A DNA stretch of 64,000 nucleotides from the human T2T-CHM13v2.0 reference genome, Homo sapiens: the NCBI RefSeq assembly GCF_009914755.1, contig NC_060931.1; one strand, written 5' to 3'. The position numbers were made by a program, and so were the translations under genes. Under the pieces are notes generated by a model. The model made no database searches, was not told the origin of the DNA, and saw only the letters and a list, made by a program, of their open reading frames with translations. Numbering within the stretch: position 1 is the stretch's first letter; each line of letters opens with the position of its first letter. Below, piece after piece: positions 29,466-45,255 of this stretch.

Positions 29466-30849
29466 TATTTATTTTGATTTGAGTGACTAAAAATGTCTTT
29501 TCTCCTTAAATAATGCCTATTTTTTAAATTTAAATTCTGTAAAATTAAATAAAATAGCATACTTAAATTGCATAACATGTACTGTCACAGAATGAGTACT
29601 CTGCCAAACTTATTTCCCTTTTTCCTCACAGATCTATATGCTATTATTCTATTTCTTTTGTATCTACATCAGAGCTAACCACACTGTTGAATACAGTTGC
29701 TTTTTCATATATACTTGTCAAATGAAAGAGTAAATAGGGTACTGAGGATGATATACTGAACTCATCTTGCCTCTAAGTAGGTATTTTCCTACTCTTCCAA
29801 ATGACAGCATACAGGTAAAATTTAGGACTGTGAAGAGTATAAAATGTTACAGATATGGTAATATATTGATATTATCACTGATCAGTTTGGAAATTATATA
29901 TTCATATAGATATATTAATTGATTTATGTAATTTGTTTCTACCCACCCATTTAAAATAACTTGAAATAGCTCTTGTGAATCAGAGAACATGTCTGAGTCT
30001 CACATATAAATGAGTAAAGCAATGTTCTTTGAGCAGAAATTTTGTGGACATGTTTAATTTTTTTTTAATTTTGTAGAACAAGTGGTTAAAATAAATTATC
30101 CGTAATTTAAATTTTTACCAAATCTTATGTAAGGGAATATTTAAGAACACATGAATTAGAGCGCTAGTTGTCATTATGAAGAAAAAATTCACTCTCATAT
30201 CATTAGACTTTTCATTAATTTTTAGACTATTAACTAAAATTATTACTCACATTTCAGTACAGTCTTATCTAATATAACATCCCATGTCAAACAGAATATT
30301 GCCTCACTTGGCTTTCTAAGAATGCTGGTGTCTACAGCTCTTCTGTATTAATTTTTTAAAAAGGAAACAAGCTGCATTCTAAAGATACTGCGTTCAGGAG
30401 TTTTAATGATTTATTATGTATAAGTCAAAGAGAAATTAAAGCTATTTTTCAGCCAGTTATGACAGTGAGAGGGGAAAACACTCAGTTTTGCTTTGCAGTT
30501 TTTCCAGATCCCAAGTTTGTCTGTGTTTAAGTAGGTATAGTCATAGTTTCTAGACAAATAAAGAAAAATGAGAACACGTACAGCTATTGGTCTTATAAGA
30601 CAAGTAGTATTCCATCATCACGAAGGTCCCTGGGAAACCATTTAAACAGCTTTATTGGTTTTCCCTTGTTGGTGCATTTAGTACAAACAGCTCCCAAGAA
30701 ACACCTCTGTACTTAAGCTAGGATTCTTTGACAGCTACTGAAAAAACTACCAACCCATGAGTTGCTTTTACTTTTCTTTTTGATTATGCAGATCAAAACT
30801 AACACTGAGGTTGTAATATAAAGTTTAAAAGTACAAGAAGTTTGAAGCA

Positions 30850-31975
30850 ATTTTTAAATTGACTTTATATTTAGAGAAGTTTTAGGTTCACAGCAAAATT
30901 AAGTGGTAAGCAGAGTTTCCATATATCCCGTCTCCACACATACATAACCTACCCCATTACCAGTATCTCTGGGCTGAGCGGTACACTTGTTGCAATTGAT
31001 GTGAACCCACATTGACGTATCTTTATCATATAAAGTCAATACTTTATATTAGGTCTCACTTTTGGTGATGTACATATGGATTTAGACAAATATATAATGA
31101 CAAGTTTCCGCCATTATAGTGCATACAGAATAGTTTCACTGCCTTAAAAGTTTGTGTTCCACCAATTCATCCCTCACTTCCTGTAAGTCCCTCGCAATCA
31201 CTCATCTTTTTATATCTCAATAGTTTTTTCTTTCCCAGAATGTCATACAGTTGGACTTACACAGTGTGTAAGTTTTTTGTGGACACTTTCACATAATAAT
31301 ATGCATTTAAGTTTTCTCCATGTCTTTTCGCAGCTTGGCATCTCATTTCTTTTTAGTGCTGAATAAAATTCCATTGTCTGGATGTACCAAAGTTATTTTA
31401 TCCATTCATCTTCTGAAGCATATCTTGCTTGCTTCTAAGTTTTGACAATTATGAATAAAGATGCTATAAACATCTGTGTGCAGCATTTTGTGTGTATTTA
31501 AGTTTTCAATTCATTTGGGAACCAAAGAACATGATTTCTGGATTGTATGGTAAGAGCATGCTTAGTGTTATAAGAAACTGCCAAACGGTTTTCCAAAGTG
31601 GTTGTACCATTTTGCATTCCCACCAGCAATAAATGAGAATTTCTATTGCTCTGTCTACATCTTAATGAGCATTTGGTATTGAGTGCTCTGGGTTTTGGCC
31701 ATTTTAATTGGTATGTAATGGTATCTTATTGTTTTTATTGGCAAGTCCCTAATAATATATGATGGTAGGCATCATTTTACAGCTTGTCATCTGTAGATCT
31801 TTGCTGAGGTGTCTGTTTAGATCTTTCACCTATTTTTAAGTTGGATTGTTTCTTTTCTTACTGTTAAGCTTTAAGAGTTCTTTGTATATTTTGGTTAATA
31901 GTCCTTCACTGGGTATGACTTTTATAAATATTTTGATCTCAGTCTATGGTTTCTGTGACTTGTCTTCCAATTATT
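30850..31975 (-). mobile_element. L1MC1/2-like 3' end
   Basis: TTTTAGGTTCACAGCAAAATTAAG diagnostic terminus followed by antisense ORF2 3' region. Confidence 0.85.
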
Positions 31976-31989
31976 TTAAAATTTGAAGC

Positions 31990-33699
<1,710 letters not shown>

Positions 33700-33700
<1 letters not shown>

Positions 33701-34226
33701 ATATTTATTATCTAACAATTTCCATGGGTCAAGAGCCTAGGCATGGCATGGGTGGTTCGTCTATGCTCAGAGTGTAACAGGCTGTAAAAAATGTTAGCTT
33801 GCCTGCATTCTTCTCTGGAGAGCCACTCACTTCTAAGCTCTTCAGGTATCTAACAGATTCTTTATCTTTCAGCTGTATGGAAAAGGGCCCCAGCTTTCTT
33901 CTGGCTGCTGCCTGAAGGCTTCCTGACATTCCTTTTGAATTCATAAAGAGTAAAAGCAGAGTCTTTAACTTCAGGGAGAGCCCCGTCCTTTTTTTTTTTT
34001 TTTTTTTTTTAAGAGATTTCACTTAGGTCAGGTCTTCTCAGGATAATCTTCTATTTGATTGATCTGAGACCTTAATTACATCTGCAAAATCCTTTCACTT
34101 TTGCCATATTCTATCCGTAGAAGCAAGCCATAGTTTCCACCCACATTAAAGGAAAATGAATTATTCAGGATAATAGTACTAGGGAGAGAGGATCATTGGG
34201 GCCACTTTAGGACTCTATTTGCCCCA
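33700..34226 (-). mobile_element. MaLR LTR (MLT1E/F-like)
   Basis: ATTTATTATCT...GACCTTAATTACATCTGCAAAATCC...GGATCATTGGGGCCACTTTAG. Confidence 0.7.
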
Positions 34227-35486
34227 GGGATAATAATATCTAAAAAAAATAGAATTCTTGTTATAATTAAATAATGTAGCATAAGTAAGCACTTGTCAGA
34301 GCCTGTACCCAAAATACAGTTCAGTTATGAAAAATAATATTAGACGATGCTGTGGGGGTTGGGCAAGGGTGGAAGCAGGGGTCTGATGGTGAAGAAGGAA
34401 TTAAAGATAAATATAACACCTCCTGGAACTTTGACTCAAATTTCAGAAAGAGAGATATACAGAAGATTTAATGTAAAACAGATCAGAATGTATGAGATAA
34501 TAGATGGCAGCACACAAGACATTTACACCCTTCAAAAATAGTAAGTCAAAATTAATAACAGACCTAAATATAAAATGCAAAATAAAATTCCTAGATGATA
34601 AGCAGAGAAAATTTTTGGTATTGTGATGAATTTTTAGAAATAACACCAAAGGCAAGATCCATGATGAATTAGACTTCGTTAAAATTAAAAAATTATGCTC
34701 TGTAAAAGAAACTGTCAAGAGAATGAAAAGATAAGGCATAGACGGGAAGAAAATATTTACAGAAGATATACCTGGTAAAGGACAATTACCCAAAATATAC
34801 AAAGATCACCTAAATCTCAACAATACGAAAACATCCCTATTAAAATACGGGCCAAATACCTTAACAGACACTTCACCAAAAAAGATAGAGAGATGTAAAA
34901 TAAGCATAGGAAAAATTGCTCTACACCATATATCATCAGAGAAATCCAAATTAAAACAAACAATGAAATATCACTACGTGCCTATTAGAATGGCCAAAAA
35001 CCCAGAACCGTGACAACATGGAATGCTCGCAAGGATGTAGGGCAACAGGAGTTCTTATTCGTTGCTGCTGGGAATGCAAAATGGTACAGCTACTTTGGAA
35101 AACAGTTTGGCAGTTTGTCACAAACTAAACATACTCGTATATGTAATTCCGAAATCATGCTTATTACTATTTACCCAAATGAGTTAAAAATTTAAATACA
35201 CTAATTGGTGTGGCAGTGTCCAGGGCTGATGTCCCCCGTGGAGGCAGGGGGAAGCTGCATATGATGTTCTTGTGTTTCAGAAAAGCACAGAGCAAGGTTT
35301 TGTAGAGAAGATTGAGAAGTACTGGATAACAGTACAATCAAGTGCTTTTTATAGATGTTTGAACTTGTTCCTGCCCATGCCCTGTGGGGTACTTAGCTCT
35401 AATCTGATTAAGCATTTTTATGGATGACTCAAATATAGACATAGCAGGTGGTTTCACGAAGCAGGCGCAGACGATCTTGCAGATGA

Positions 35487-35654
<168 letters not shown>

Positions 35655-36034
35655 TGAGAACCCAGAGAGTGAGCTATGATAAAGACATTGAAGTTCAGAA
35701 ACCTCTCTTCTGGAGCTTAGCAGCAGCAGTGGCAATTTTGAAAGATCCCCTGGCATTGTTGGGAGAAAGAGCTGTTGGGAGGAGATGCTGACCTTGCTCA
35801 GAAGGCCCTTCTTGCCAGAGTCTTGTTTCCAGCATCACTTACGTTTGCACTTCTAGTTGGTTATGACGTGAAATTTGGGGAAAATGTGGTATTTTTTTTC
35901 TTTGTGTTTTTAAAGTTTTTCTTTTCTTTTCTCTGAAAGTGATTCATTGATTCTGGAGGTCTCTTTACCATTTTTTGAGTCCCAGAGCTGGTGTCCCCTC
36001 GGGTGGTAGCCTGTACAAGGGAAAAAGCATAGAT

Positions 36035-36195
36035 AGATTTTAGAACCAGAAAGATCTGGAGCTGAATCCCAGCTCAGTGGCTTTTCAAGGGTATTGTCTT
36101 TGAACTCACCTTCCTCCTTTGTGAGAATAAAATAAGGTGGAGTTGAAGCACCTCACACAGAATATGGCACAGGGTAGTGCCTGTAAGTGTCCTCT
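36035..36195 (+). mobile_element. MIR relic inside the retrocopy 3' UTR
   Basis: TTAGAACCAGAAAGATCTGGAGCTGAATCCCAGCTC...TTGTGAGAATAAAATAAG...GCACAGGGTAGTGCCT. Confidence 0.65.
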
Positions 36196-36204
36196 CTGAG
36201 GATG

Positions 36205-36365
36205 CTGTCCTGCCCTGCCCCTTCCTCTGCTCCCACAGTGTTCTGCACATCTCTGCTCCAGCATACACTGTATTGGGTCTTAGTTATTTGTTTGTAAGCT
36301 TGTCCTGTTCCTGCTTATAGCCCCTGAGCCCTCACAGTTGTCACACAGTAAGCAGTCTGACAAGG
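36205..36365 (+). mobile_element. L2 3' relic inside the retrocopy 3' UTR
   Basis: CCTCTGCTCCCACAGTG...TTATTTGTTTGTAAGCTTGTC...CACACAGTAAGCA. Confidence 0.55.
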
Positions 36366-38375
36366 AGCTGCTCTTCCTGACCACTGTATCTCCATGCCCA
36401 AGGAGGTAGAAGCCCTGGGCCTTTCCTTCCAGGAGTTAACAGTGTCCTTGAAGTGGTGCGATACATAATGTGTGAACCAAGGAAGGACGCCAGAGCAGCT
36501 GTAGTGGACACTGGCCTTTTCTGTCTTCTGTGCACCTGCGATCTGTCTCAACTGGATCTTCCTTGCCTTGCCACCATGGTGGAAGAATGGAAGGGAAAGA
36601 GAGTAGGAATGTGGGCTCAGGGAGAACTGGACAGAGCAGCCAGAAGATACAGAGAGAAGCCTCAGTAGGACTTGAGTATTCCCCAGAGGCACTCAGCCAC
36701 AGGGATGATCTAGCATGTGTTTGTATCCTTGCAATTATGGGACTTAAGGTGACTCAGAGACATCTACATGTGTGTATGTACTCCACTGACTAACAATGAA
36801 GTAAATATATGAATTTGTGGGAAATAACGTATATACACACAAAAGTCTGCACAGATAATTATAACATCTTTATTCATAATTGTCAAAACATAGAAGTAAC
36901 CAAGATAAGATGCGTTTCCATAGATGAATATTTTAAGTTAAAATAACTCAGGTACATCCACACAATGGAATTTTATTCAGCACTAAAAAGAGATACCAAG
37001 CCATGAAAAAAACATGGAGAAACCTTAAATATGTATTATCATGTGAAATAATCCAATCATAAAAAGATACATACTATGTAAGTCCAACTACATGACACTC
37101 TGGAAAAGATAAAATTGAGACCTTACAATGATTGGTGTTGCTAGAACTTAGTGAGGAGGGAGGAATAAATAGGTGAAGTACAGAAGATTTTCACAGTAAA
37201 ACTATTCTCTCTATTACAGTGGTGTATGTGTAATTATATATTTGTCTATACTTACAGAATGTAGAACACCAAAAGTGAATTCTAATGTAAACTAGACTCA
37301 GGTGATAATTTCGTGTCAATGCGGGTTCATCAAATGTAATAAGTGTGCCACTCTCGTAGGGGATATTAATAATAAGGAAGGTTATGTGTGTCAGGACAGT
37401 GTTATATGGGAAATCTCTGTACTTCTGCTTAATTTTGCTGTGAACCTAAAAGTTCTCTAAAAAAAAGTCTATTTTTAAAATTAAAGATATGTCATGCTAA
37501 CATAATCAAAGAAAGCTTGAATAACCATATTAATTTCAGACAGAGCAGATTTCAAATTAAGGAAAGTTATTAGGGATAGAGGGGATATTACATAAAGATC
37601 AAAGGGATGATTCTCCAAGAATACCTGACAACCCTTAATAGGTGTGAATGTAAAAACAGGTTCAAAATTCATGAGACAACATATAGAACTGCAAGAAGAA
37701 ATAGATAAATCTGGAGTTTCACACCTCTTTATCAATAATTGACAAATTTAACAGGCAAATAATCAGTAAGGATATAGTGAAGTGAATGACACCATTAATC
37801 AATTAGATCTGTTTGACATTTATATAATACCTCATTCCCAAACAGCAGAATACACATTTTTCTCAAACCTATATGCAACATTCTCCAAGACAGATCATAT
37901 TCTGGGCCATAAAACACCTCTTAACACACTTAAAGTATAAAAATTATACAAAATATGTTCTCAGATCACAGTGGAATCAAATTAAAAATTAATAACTGAA
38001 AATATCTGAAAAATCCCAAATATCGGGAGATTAAACAACACACATTTAAAGATCATGTGGGTCAAAGAAGAATTCTAAAGAGAAATTAAAAATATTTTGA
38101 AATAAAAGTAAAACACAACTTAAAATTTATGGAATATAGAAAAACAGTGCTTACAGGGAAATTTATAGAATTGAATACATATATTAGGAAACAATGATCT
38201 AAAATCAATAACCCAAGCTTCTACTTTAGGAAACTAGAAATAAGAGTCAATTAAATTCAAAATAAGCAGAAAAAAATTAAAAATTGTGGCACGTATCAAT
38301 GAAATTGAAAACAGAAAATTAATAGAGAAAAATCAAGGAAATAAAGAAGTAAAATTGCTAAACCTGTAGCCAGGC

Positions 38376-38780
38376 TGTATTAGTTTGCTGGGGATGGTAT
38401 AACAAAACAGCAAAGCCTGATAGCTTAAACAATAGATATTTATTTTCTCATAGTTGTGGAGGCTAGAGGTCCAGGATCAAAGAGTAGGCAATTTTAGTTC
38501 CTCCTGAGGCCTTTCTCCTCGACTTGCACATAGCTGCCTTCTTGCTGTGTGCTCACACAAATGTTCCTTGTTGTGTGCAGAACCCTGTTGTCTCTTTATG
38601 TGTCCAAATTTTCCCTTCTTATAGGGACTTGCATTAGATTAAATCAGGGTCTGTCCTGATGGCCTCATTTCAACATAGTCACCTCTTCAGAGCTGTCTTT
38701 CCAATTGTAGTCACATGCTGAGGTACTAGGAATTAGAACTTTAACATATGAATTTTGGGGGCACAATTCAGCCCATAACA
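38376..38780 (-). mobile_element. MaLR solo LTR (MLT1B-like)
   Basis: TGTATTAGTTTGCT...AATTCAGCCCATAACA, TG..CA ends; host L1 resumes on both sides. Confidence 0.88.
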
Positions 38781-39019
38781 AAGCCTAACCAAAAAGAAAA
38801 AATAGGGAAAACACACATTTGTAATATCAGAGATAAAATAGCAGCCATCACCACTGTTCTAATAAGTATTAAGAGAATTTTAAAGAAATAAAGGAACAAC
38901 TCCCTACTCTCAAATTTGTTAATATAGACTAAATGTACCAATTTCTTGAAAACACAAACTACCAAAAATAATACGAGGATAAATAATTTGAAAAGGGCTA
39001 TATGCGTTAGAAGAATTAT

Positions 39020-39288
39020 TGTTGTCAAAGGCTGCGAAGGGTATTGGGGAGGTGGGGGAGAAGTGGGAATGGTTAACAGGTACAAAAATATCATTAGAGT
39101 GAATAAGATCTAGCATTTGATAGCACCACTGAGTGATTACAGTCATCAATCATTTATTGTACATTTAAAAATAACTAAAAGTATAATTGGAATGTTTGTA
39201 ACACAAAGCAACAATAAATGCTTGAGGTGACAGATACTGCATTTACCCTAATGTGCCTATTACACATTATATTCCTGTATAAAAAAAA
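39020..39288 (+). mobile_element. L1MA-type 3' end inserted in the older L1
   Basis: GAATGGTTAACAGGTACAAAAA...GAATAAGATCTAGCATTTGATAGCAC...TAAATGCTTGAGGTGA, A tail. Confidence 0.8.
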
Positions 39289-39794
39289 TTTGAATCAGTG
39301 ATAATAACCTTCCAAAAATGGAAATCACCAGGCTTGGATGGTTTCACTAGTGAATTCCACTGAACATTAAAAAAAGATTATGATTGTGTAATCTTTTTTT
39401 CCAGAAAATTAGAAGCAGAAGGAACACTTCCTAACTAATTCTGTGAAGCCAGAATTACCCTAATACCAAAACCAGACAAAAACAACAAAAAAAAGAAAAA
39501 TTATAGAGGGATCTGTTAGATGAACACAAAGAAAAAATTTTTCAACCAAACATTAGCAAGTGAAACTGAAAATGTATAGAAAGAATTATATAACACTACC
39601 AAGTAGTATTTATTTCAGGTTTTTCAAGGATGGTTCAACATTAAAATAATAAAGAGGTAAACCAACAACAATTACATAGAAAGCGCTAAAATAGAAAGGA
39701 CAATTTTTCAATGGAAAATTGCTAAACAAGCAAGATAGTAAATTCTGATAGATTTGGCTAGTCTTTTTCTGCGACCTTAAGGAAAAAAAAGGGG

Positions 39795-40138
39795 CTTATT
39801 TTAGTCCATTCAGGTTTCTATAGAAATATACCATAAACTTGGTGGCTTACAAACAATAAATATTTATTTCTCACAGTTCTGGAGGCTGGGAAATCCAAAG
39901 TCGAGGTGCCACAGAATCTGTGTCTGGTGAAGGCCTGCTTCCCAATCAAAGGCCATTTCTCACTGTAACCTCCCATACAGGAAGAGTGAGGGAGCTTTCT
40001 GGGGTCTTTTTTATTAGGACATGTATGTATCCCATTCATAAAGGCTCAAGACTTCATCATCTCTGAAAAGCCGTACCTCCTAATACTATCATCTTCAGAG
40101 TTAGGATTTCAATATATGAATTTTGGGGAGACATTTCA
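39795..40138 (-). mobile_element. MaLR LTR (MLT1A-like)
   Basis: TTAGTCCATTCAGG...TTTATTTCTCACAGTTCTGGAGGCTGGGAAATCCAA...ATGAATTTTGGGGAGACA. Confidence 0.85.
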
Positions 40139-40172
40139 GGGCAGGTATCCTTAATTAAATTTAAGAATGTAA

Positions 40173-40462
40173 CTATCGCAAGGACAAAAAACCAAACACC
40201 ACATGTTCTCACTCATAGGTGGGAATTGAACAATGAGAACACATGGACACAGGAAGGGGAACATCAAACACCGGGGACTGTTGTGGGGTGGAGGGTTGGG
40301 GGAGTGGGGAGGGATATCAGTAGGAGATATACCTAATACTAAATGACGAGTTAATGGGTGGAGCACACCAATATGGCACATGTATACATATGTAACAAAC
40401 CTGCACATTGTGCACATGTACCCTAAAACTTAAAGTATAATAATAATAAAATTTAAAAAAAA
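40173..40462 (+). mobile_element. Young 5'-truncated L1PA (about L1PA3) 3' end
   Basis: CTAAATGACGAGTTAATGGGTG 3' UTR, A tail, perfect TSD AAGAATGTAA at 40163-40172 and 40463-40472. Confidence 0.93.
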
Positions 40463-43400
40463 AAGAATGTAAGGCAAACGCATGATAGCCTGTAGGGGCT
40501 TCTAGAATCAACTTAAGAAAAACAGTTTGACTGTAGTTGTCAAAAAGCACCAAGAACAGTAAGTTCACTCATAGTAACACTCATAGTGCAGTGTAAAATG
40601 GGGAACTGTATTTTAGGAAATATAAACAGGAGGAAATTCATACAGAAGGTATCACTGAATCAGGAAATTTGGATATGATCTGTATTAATTCCAGTGATAT
40701 TTGTATCTTCCTGGTACATATTTTGTGGAAGAAATAAGCTTATTTTAAAAAACTGGCCTGGGATAGAAAATTGTACAGATCTTGCCCAGTTCCTGTCCTA
40801 TCCCAAAGACTGTTTACTTCTTTATTGTGAGCAAAGTAGCTTTCCAGTAGAGTCTTATTTTTTTAATGGAGGCCTATTATTAGTAGCCAAATTCTAAATT
40901 ATTGAAGCACATTTTACATTAAGGAAACTATTCTTTTCATTGGAAAGAATTTCATACTTATATCAAGAAATCTTACTTCAGACTTTCTGGCCAAGATGGA
41001 TAACTAGAAGCAGCTAGTGTGTGCAGCTCTCATGGAGAGAAGGGAGAGTAGTGACTAAACACTAGCTCTTCAACTGGAACATCCAGATGGACACATTGGG
41101 ATTCATCAAGGAAACAACTTGATTCACAGAGAATAGAGACGAGTGAGACAGGACAACTGCCCATCTGTGAGTGGCATGGAGCCAGGTTTCCCCACTGTGG
41201 AAAAACAGAGTCCCCAGGGACCGACACTTTTGCAACCTGGGGCTCAGGAGGTCCCCCATAAGCCCTCACAACAGAGGCCTCCAGACCTACATGGAGAGCT
41301 ATGTGGGCAGAGACGTTGCTTAATCACAGACAGAGTCCTTGGAGCCTTGGATCCCCCAGAGCTCCAGCATCAGCAGCTGCAGTTCCGGTAACAGGGGAGG
41401 CTAGGCTCCCTTGCATGCCCCCAGAAAAGGGTCCAAATCCACGGAGCTGAGCAGTAAAGGACTACAGGCCTTACCTACTACATCTCACAGGATAAGGCCC
41501 ACTTGCCTGAAACCCTAGCCAGGTCACCCCAGTTCTGCCTGAATTCTCAGGCCAGAACCACCTCTACTTCCTTGGGACAGCAGAGAGAAAGCAGGCAGGC
41601 CACAATTTTGGCTGCTCCATAGCCCTCACTCCTGTTGCCCTCAGGCTCAGGAAGGTTTGTGGTAATTAGGAACTAATGTGGACTCCAAGCACAGTGCAGC
41701 TGCCTTACAGAAAAGTGGCCAAGACTCTCTTCCACATGAGTCCCCACCTCTGCTACTCTTCATGGCCTCTCAGTGCCTCTCAACCTGGTCTCCCAGCACA
41801 ACCACCCTGACCCTGGACAAAACACTTCAGTCAGTGGCCACTCTGCATTTCTCTGAGGAGGAAATTGCAGAGAAATCCCGCCGCTTCTCTGCCATTGCAG
41901 CTGCAGTGCTACCGCCCCTACTGTCCTTGGGCTGGGGAAGGAAGAAAGGGCCTGGCGTCTTCAGCACACCACAGCCATAGTATGATAGAGGAGCCCAGTC
42001 TTTATTCCCTATGAGCCACCCCCAACTCTTCACCAAGTAGGGGCCCTGGCTTGCAATTGCAGAAGAGCTTTCCCATCCCTGGGTGAGCATACCTACTGGT
42101 AGTGGCTCCGTGATTCCCTGGGGAGGGGCTCCCAGAGGTAACCAACCAACCCTGTGCTACTGCTATGGCCACAGTTCTGCTTCTGCTGCCCTCAAACTGG
42201 GGAAGAAACAAAGAGCCTGAGGGCTTTACTCACGCTTCTAGCACTACACAGTCACCATATAAAGAGGAGCCCAGTCTCTCTTCCTTGTGAACCCTTGACC
42301 CCCAACTCTTCACCAAGTGGGGCCCCCAGCTTGGGCCAGCAGCACAGTGGCCCCACCCCTAGCTGAACATTCCAGTAGCAGCTGCTCCGCGTTTCTCTGA
42401 GGTGGAGCTCTCAGAGCAACTGAAAGCCCCTCTGCCACTGCTGCTGTAGTGGGACTGCCCTTGCTCCTGTTGGACTGGGGAAGAAGCAAAGACCCATAGT
42501 GCTTTAACCACACATCTAGCAAACCACAGCCACCCTAAGGAGAAGAGGCCAGTCTATCTCACAGAAGAATCCCCTGCCCTCCTTGCTTATAAAGCAGGGG
42601 CCCCTGGCTCGGGCTTACAATGCAATGACCGTATCATGGGCCGATTGCACTGATTGGTAGCAGCTCTGTATTTCTCTGGGGTGAAGCCCCAAGAGACAAG
42701 TGAAAGGCCTTCTGCCACAGCCATTGCCAAGGTCTTTCATTAAAGCTGGGAGAGAACATAAAGCCTGAGCCCACCTTAGGGCTGCAGAGTGCAGCCAAGG
42801 AGTGTCAAGTAGAGATCTGCACCCAGCACTTGAGTGGGAGAGGAGCCCACACTTTCAGAGCACTGTGACGGAGCATGGTTGCAATTGTGAGGAAATAGGA
42901 GCCAGGTGACTGAGCAAGAGCCTTTAACTACTGGCTATTACACTCGGGCACCATCTACTGGATTACATCCGAAACTTCAACACCAAAAATATTTTGCTGA
43001 TATACCCCCCTGTGAAACCAAGAACAAGAATTGAGTTAAAAATAAAGAGCCACATAAAACCTTGATCTTCTGAAAACATCCAGAAAAGAATTCAACTGAC
43101 TGTATTCAAATTAATACCACAGTTAAACATCAACCCACAGAGATGAGAAAGAACATCAACCTACGAAGATAAGAAAAAGCCAGGACAAGAACTCTGGCAA
43201 CTCAAAAATCAGGGTGTCTTTTTTCCTCCAAATGATCACATTAGTTCCCCAGCAAGGGTTCTTAACTCGGCTGAAACGTCTGAAATGGCAGAAATAGATT
43301 TCAGACTATGGAGAGGTCTGAATGAGAAAGATCATTGAGATTCAGGAGAAAGTCAAAACCTAATCCGAGGAATCTAAGGATTACAGTAAAATGATTTAGG

Positions 43401-45255
43401 AGCTGAAAGATAAAATGACCATTATAAGAAAAAACAAACTGATTTGATAGAGCTGAAAAATACACTAGAAAAATTCCATCATGAAATCACAAGTATTAAT
43501 AACAGAATAAGCCAAACTGAGGAAAGAATCTCAGAGCCGAAGACTGACTCTCCAAACTAACTTAGACAAAAATAAAGAAAAAAAAATAAATTAGCAAAAC
43601 CTCTGATAAATATTGCATTATGTAAAGAGCCCAAATCTATGACTCATTAGTGTCCCTAAAAGACAGGCGGGTAGAGCAGTCAACTTGGAAAACATATGTT
43701 AGTATATTTTCCATGAAAATTTCCCCAACCTTGTTAGAGAGGCCAACTTACAAATTCAGGAAATACAGAGAACACATTTGAGGTAGTACACAAGAAGACC
43801 ATCTGTAAGACATAATCATCAGATTCTCCAAGGTGAAAATGAAAGAAAAAATAATGTTAAAAAGCAGGTAGGAGGGGCAGTTCATCTGAAAAAGGAACCC
43901 CATGAGTGGACTTTTCAGCAGAAACCCTATAAGCCAAAAGGCATTAGAGACCTATATTCAAGATTCTAAAAGAAAATAATTTCCAAGCCAGAATTTTATA
44001 TTCAGCCAAACTGTTTCATAAGAAAAAGAGAAATAAAAATCCTATTCAGACAAGTAAATTATAAGGGAATTTATTACCACCAGACCTGGCTTACAAGAGG
44101 TCCTGAAAGGAGTGCTAAATATGGAAAGGAAACACTGTTACCAGTCACAACAAAAACAAACTTAATTACACAGACCGTTGACACTATAAGGCAACCACAC
44201 AAACAAGCCTGCGTAAAAGTCAGCCAACAACACAATGACAGGATCAAATCCACATATGTCAATGTTAACCTTGAATGTAAATAGGCTAAATGTCCCAGTT
44301 AAAAGGCACAGAGTGTAAAGCTGGATAAAGAAGCCAGATCCAACAGCATGATGTCTTCAAAAGACCTTTCTCTCCTGCAATAACACCCATAGGCTTAAAA
44401 TGAAGGGATGGAGAAAAATTTACCAAGCAAATGGAAATCAGAAAAAAGCAGGGGTTGCAATCCCAATGTCAGACAGAACAGACTTTATACCAACAAAGAT
44501 AAAAAAAAAACAACAACAAAGATGTGCATTACATAATGGTAAAAGGGTTCAATTCAACAAGAAGACCTAACTATCCTAAATATATATGCACCCAACACAA
44601 GAGCACCCAGATTCATGGAGCAAGTTCTTAGAGATCTATGAAGAGACTTACTTCCACACGATAATAGTGGGAGACTTCAATACTGACAGTATTAGACAGA
44701 ACATCAAGGCAGAAAGCTAACAAAGATATTCAGGATCTGATGTCCACACTTCACCAAATAGACCAAAGAGACAACTACAGAACTCTTGACCCCCAAACAT
44801 TAGAATACACATTCTTATCTGTATATGGCACACACTCTAAAATTGATCATACAACAGGCCATACAACAATCCTCAGCAAATTCAAAAAAAAAAAATACCA
44901 ACCACATTTTCACAACACAGTGCAATAAAAAATTAAAAATCAATGCTAAGAAAATTGCTCAAAATGATATAATTACAGGGAAATTAAACAACCTGCTCCT
45001 GAAAGACTTTTGGGTAAATGATGAAATTAAGGCAGAAATAAAGACATTCTTTGAAACTAGAGAAGAAAGACAACATATCAGAGTCTCTGGAACACAGCTA
45101 AGGCAGTGTTAAGAGGGAAGTTTATAGCACTAAATGCCCACATCAAGAAGTCAGAAAGATCTCAGATTAACAACCTAATATCACATCCAGAGGAACTCAG
45201 GAAATAAAGGCAAAACAACTCCAAATCTAGCAGAAGACCAGAAATAACACAAATC

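Larger units (their letters stand above)
37481..39660 (+). mobile_element. Old L1M ORF2 (endonuclease to start of RT), interrupted
   Basis: ACAGCAGAATACACATTTTTCTCAA..., CACCAGGCTTGGATGGTTTCACTAGTGAATTC, CCCTAATACCAAAACCAGACAAA; no open frame. Confidence 0.85.

Noticed and set aside
36074-36793. Cluster of overlapping ORFs (64-125 aa) on both strands
   Set aside because: They fall in the putative 3' UTR of the LYRM9 retrocopy, partly over MIR/L2; no recognisable protein; higher GC explains the open frames
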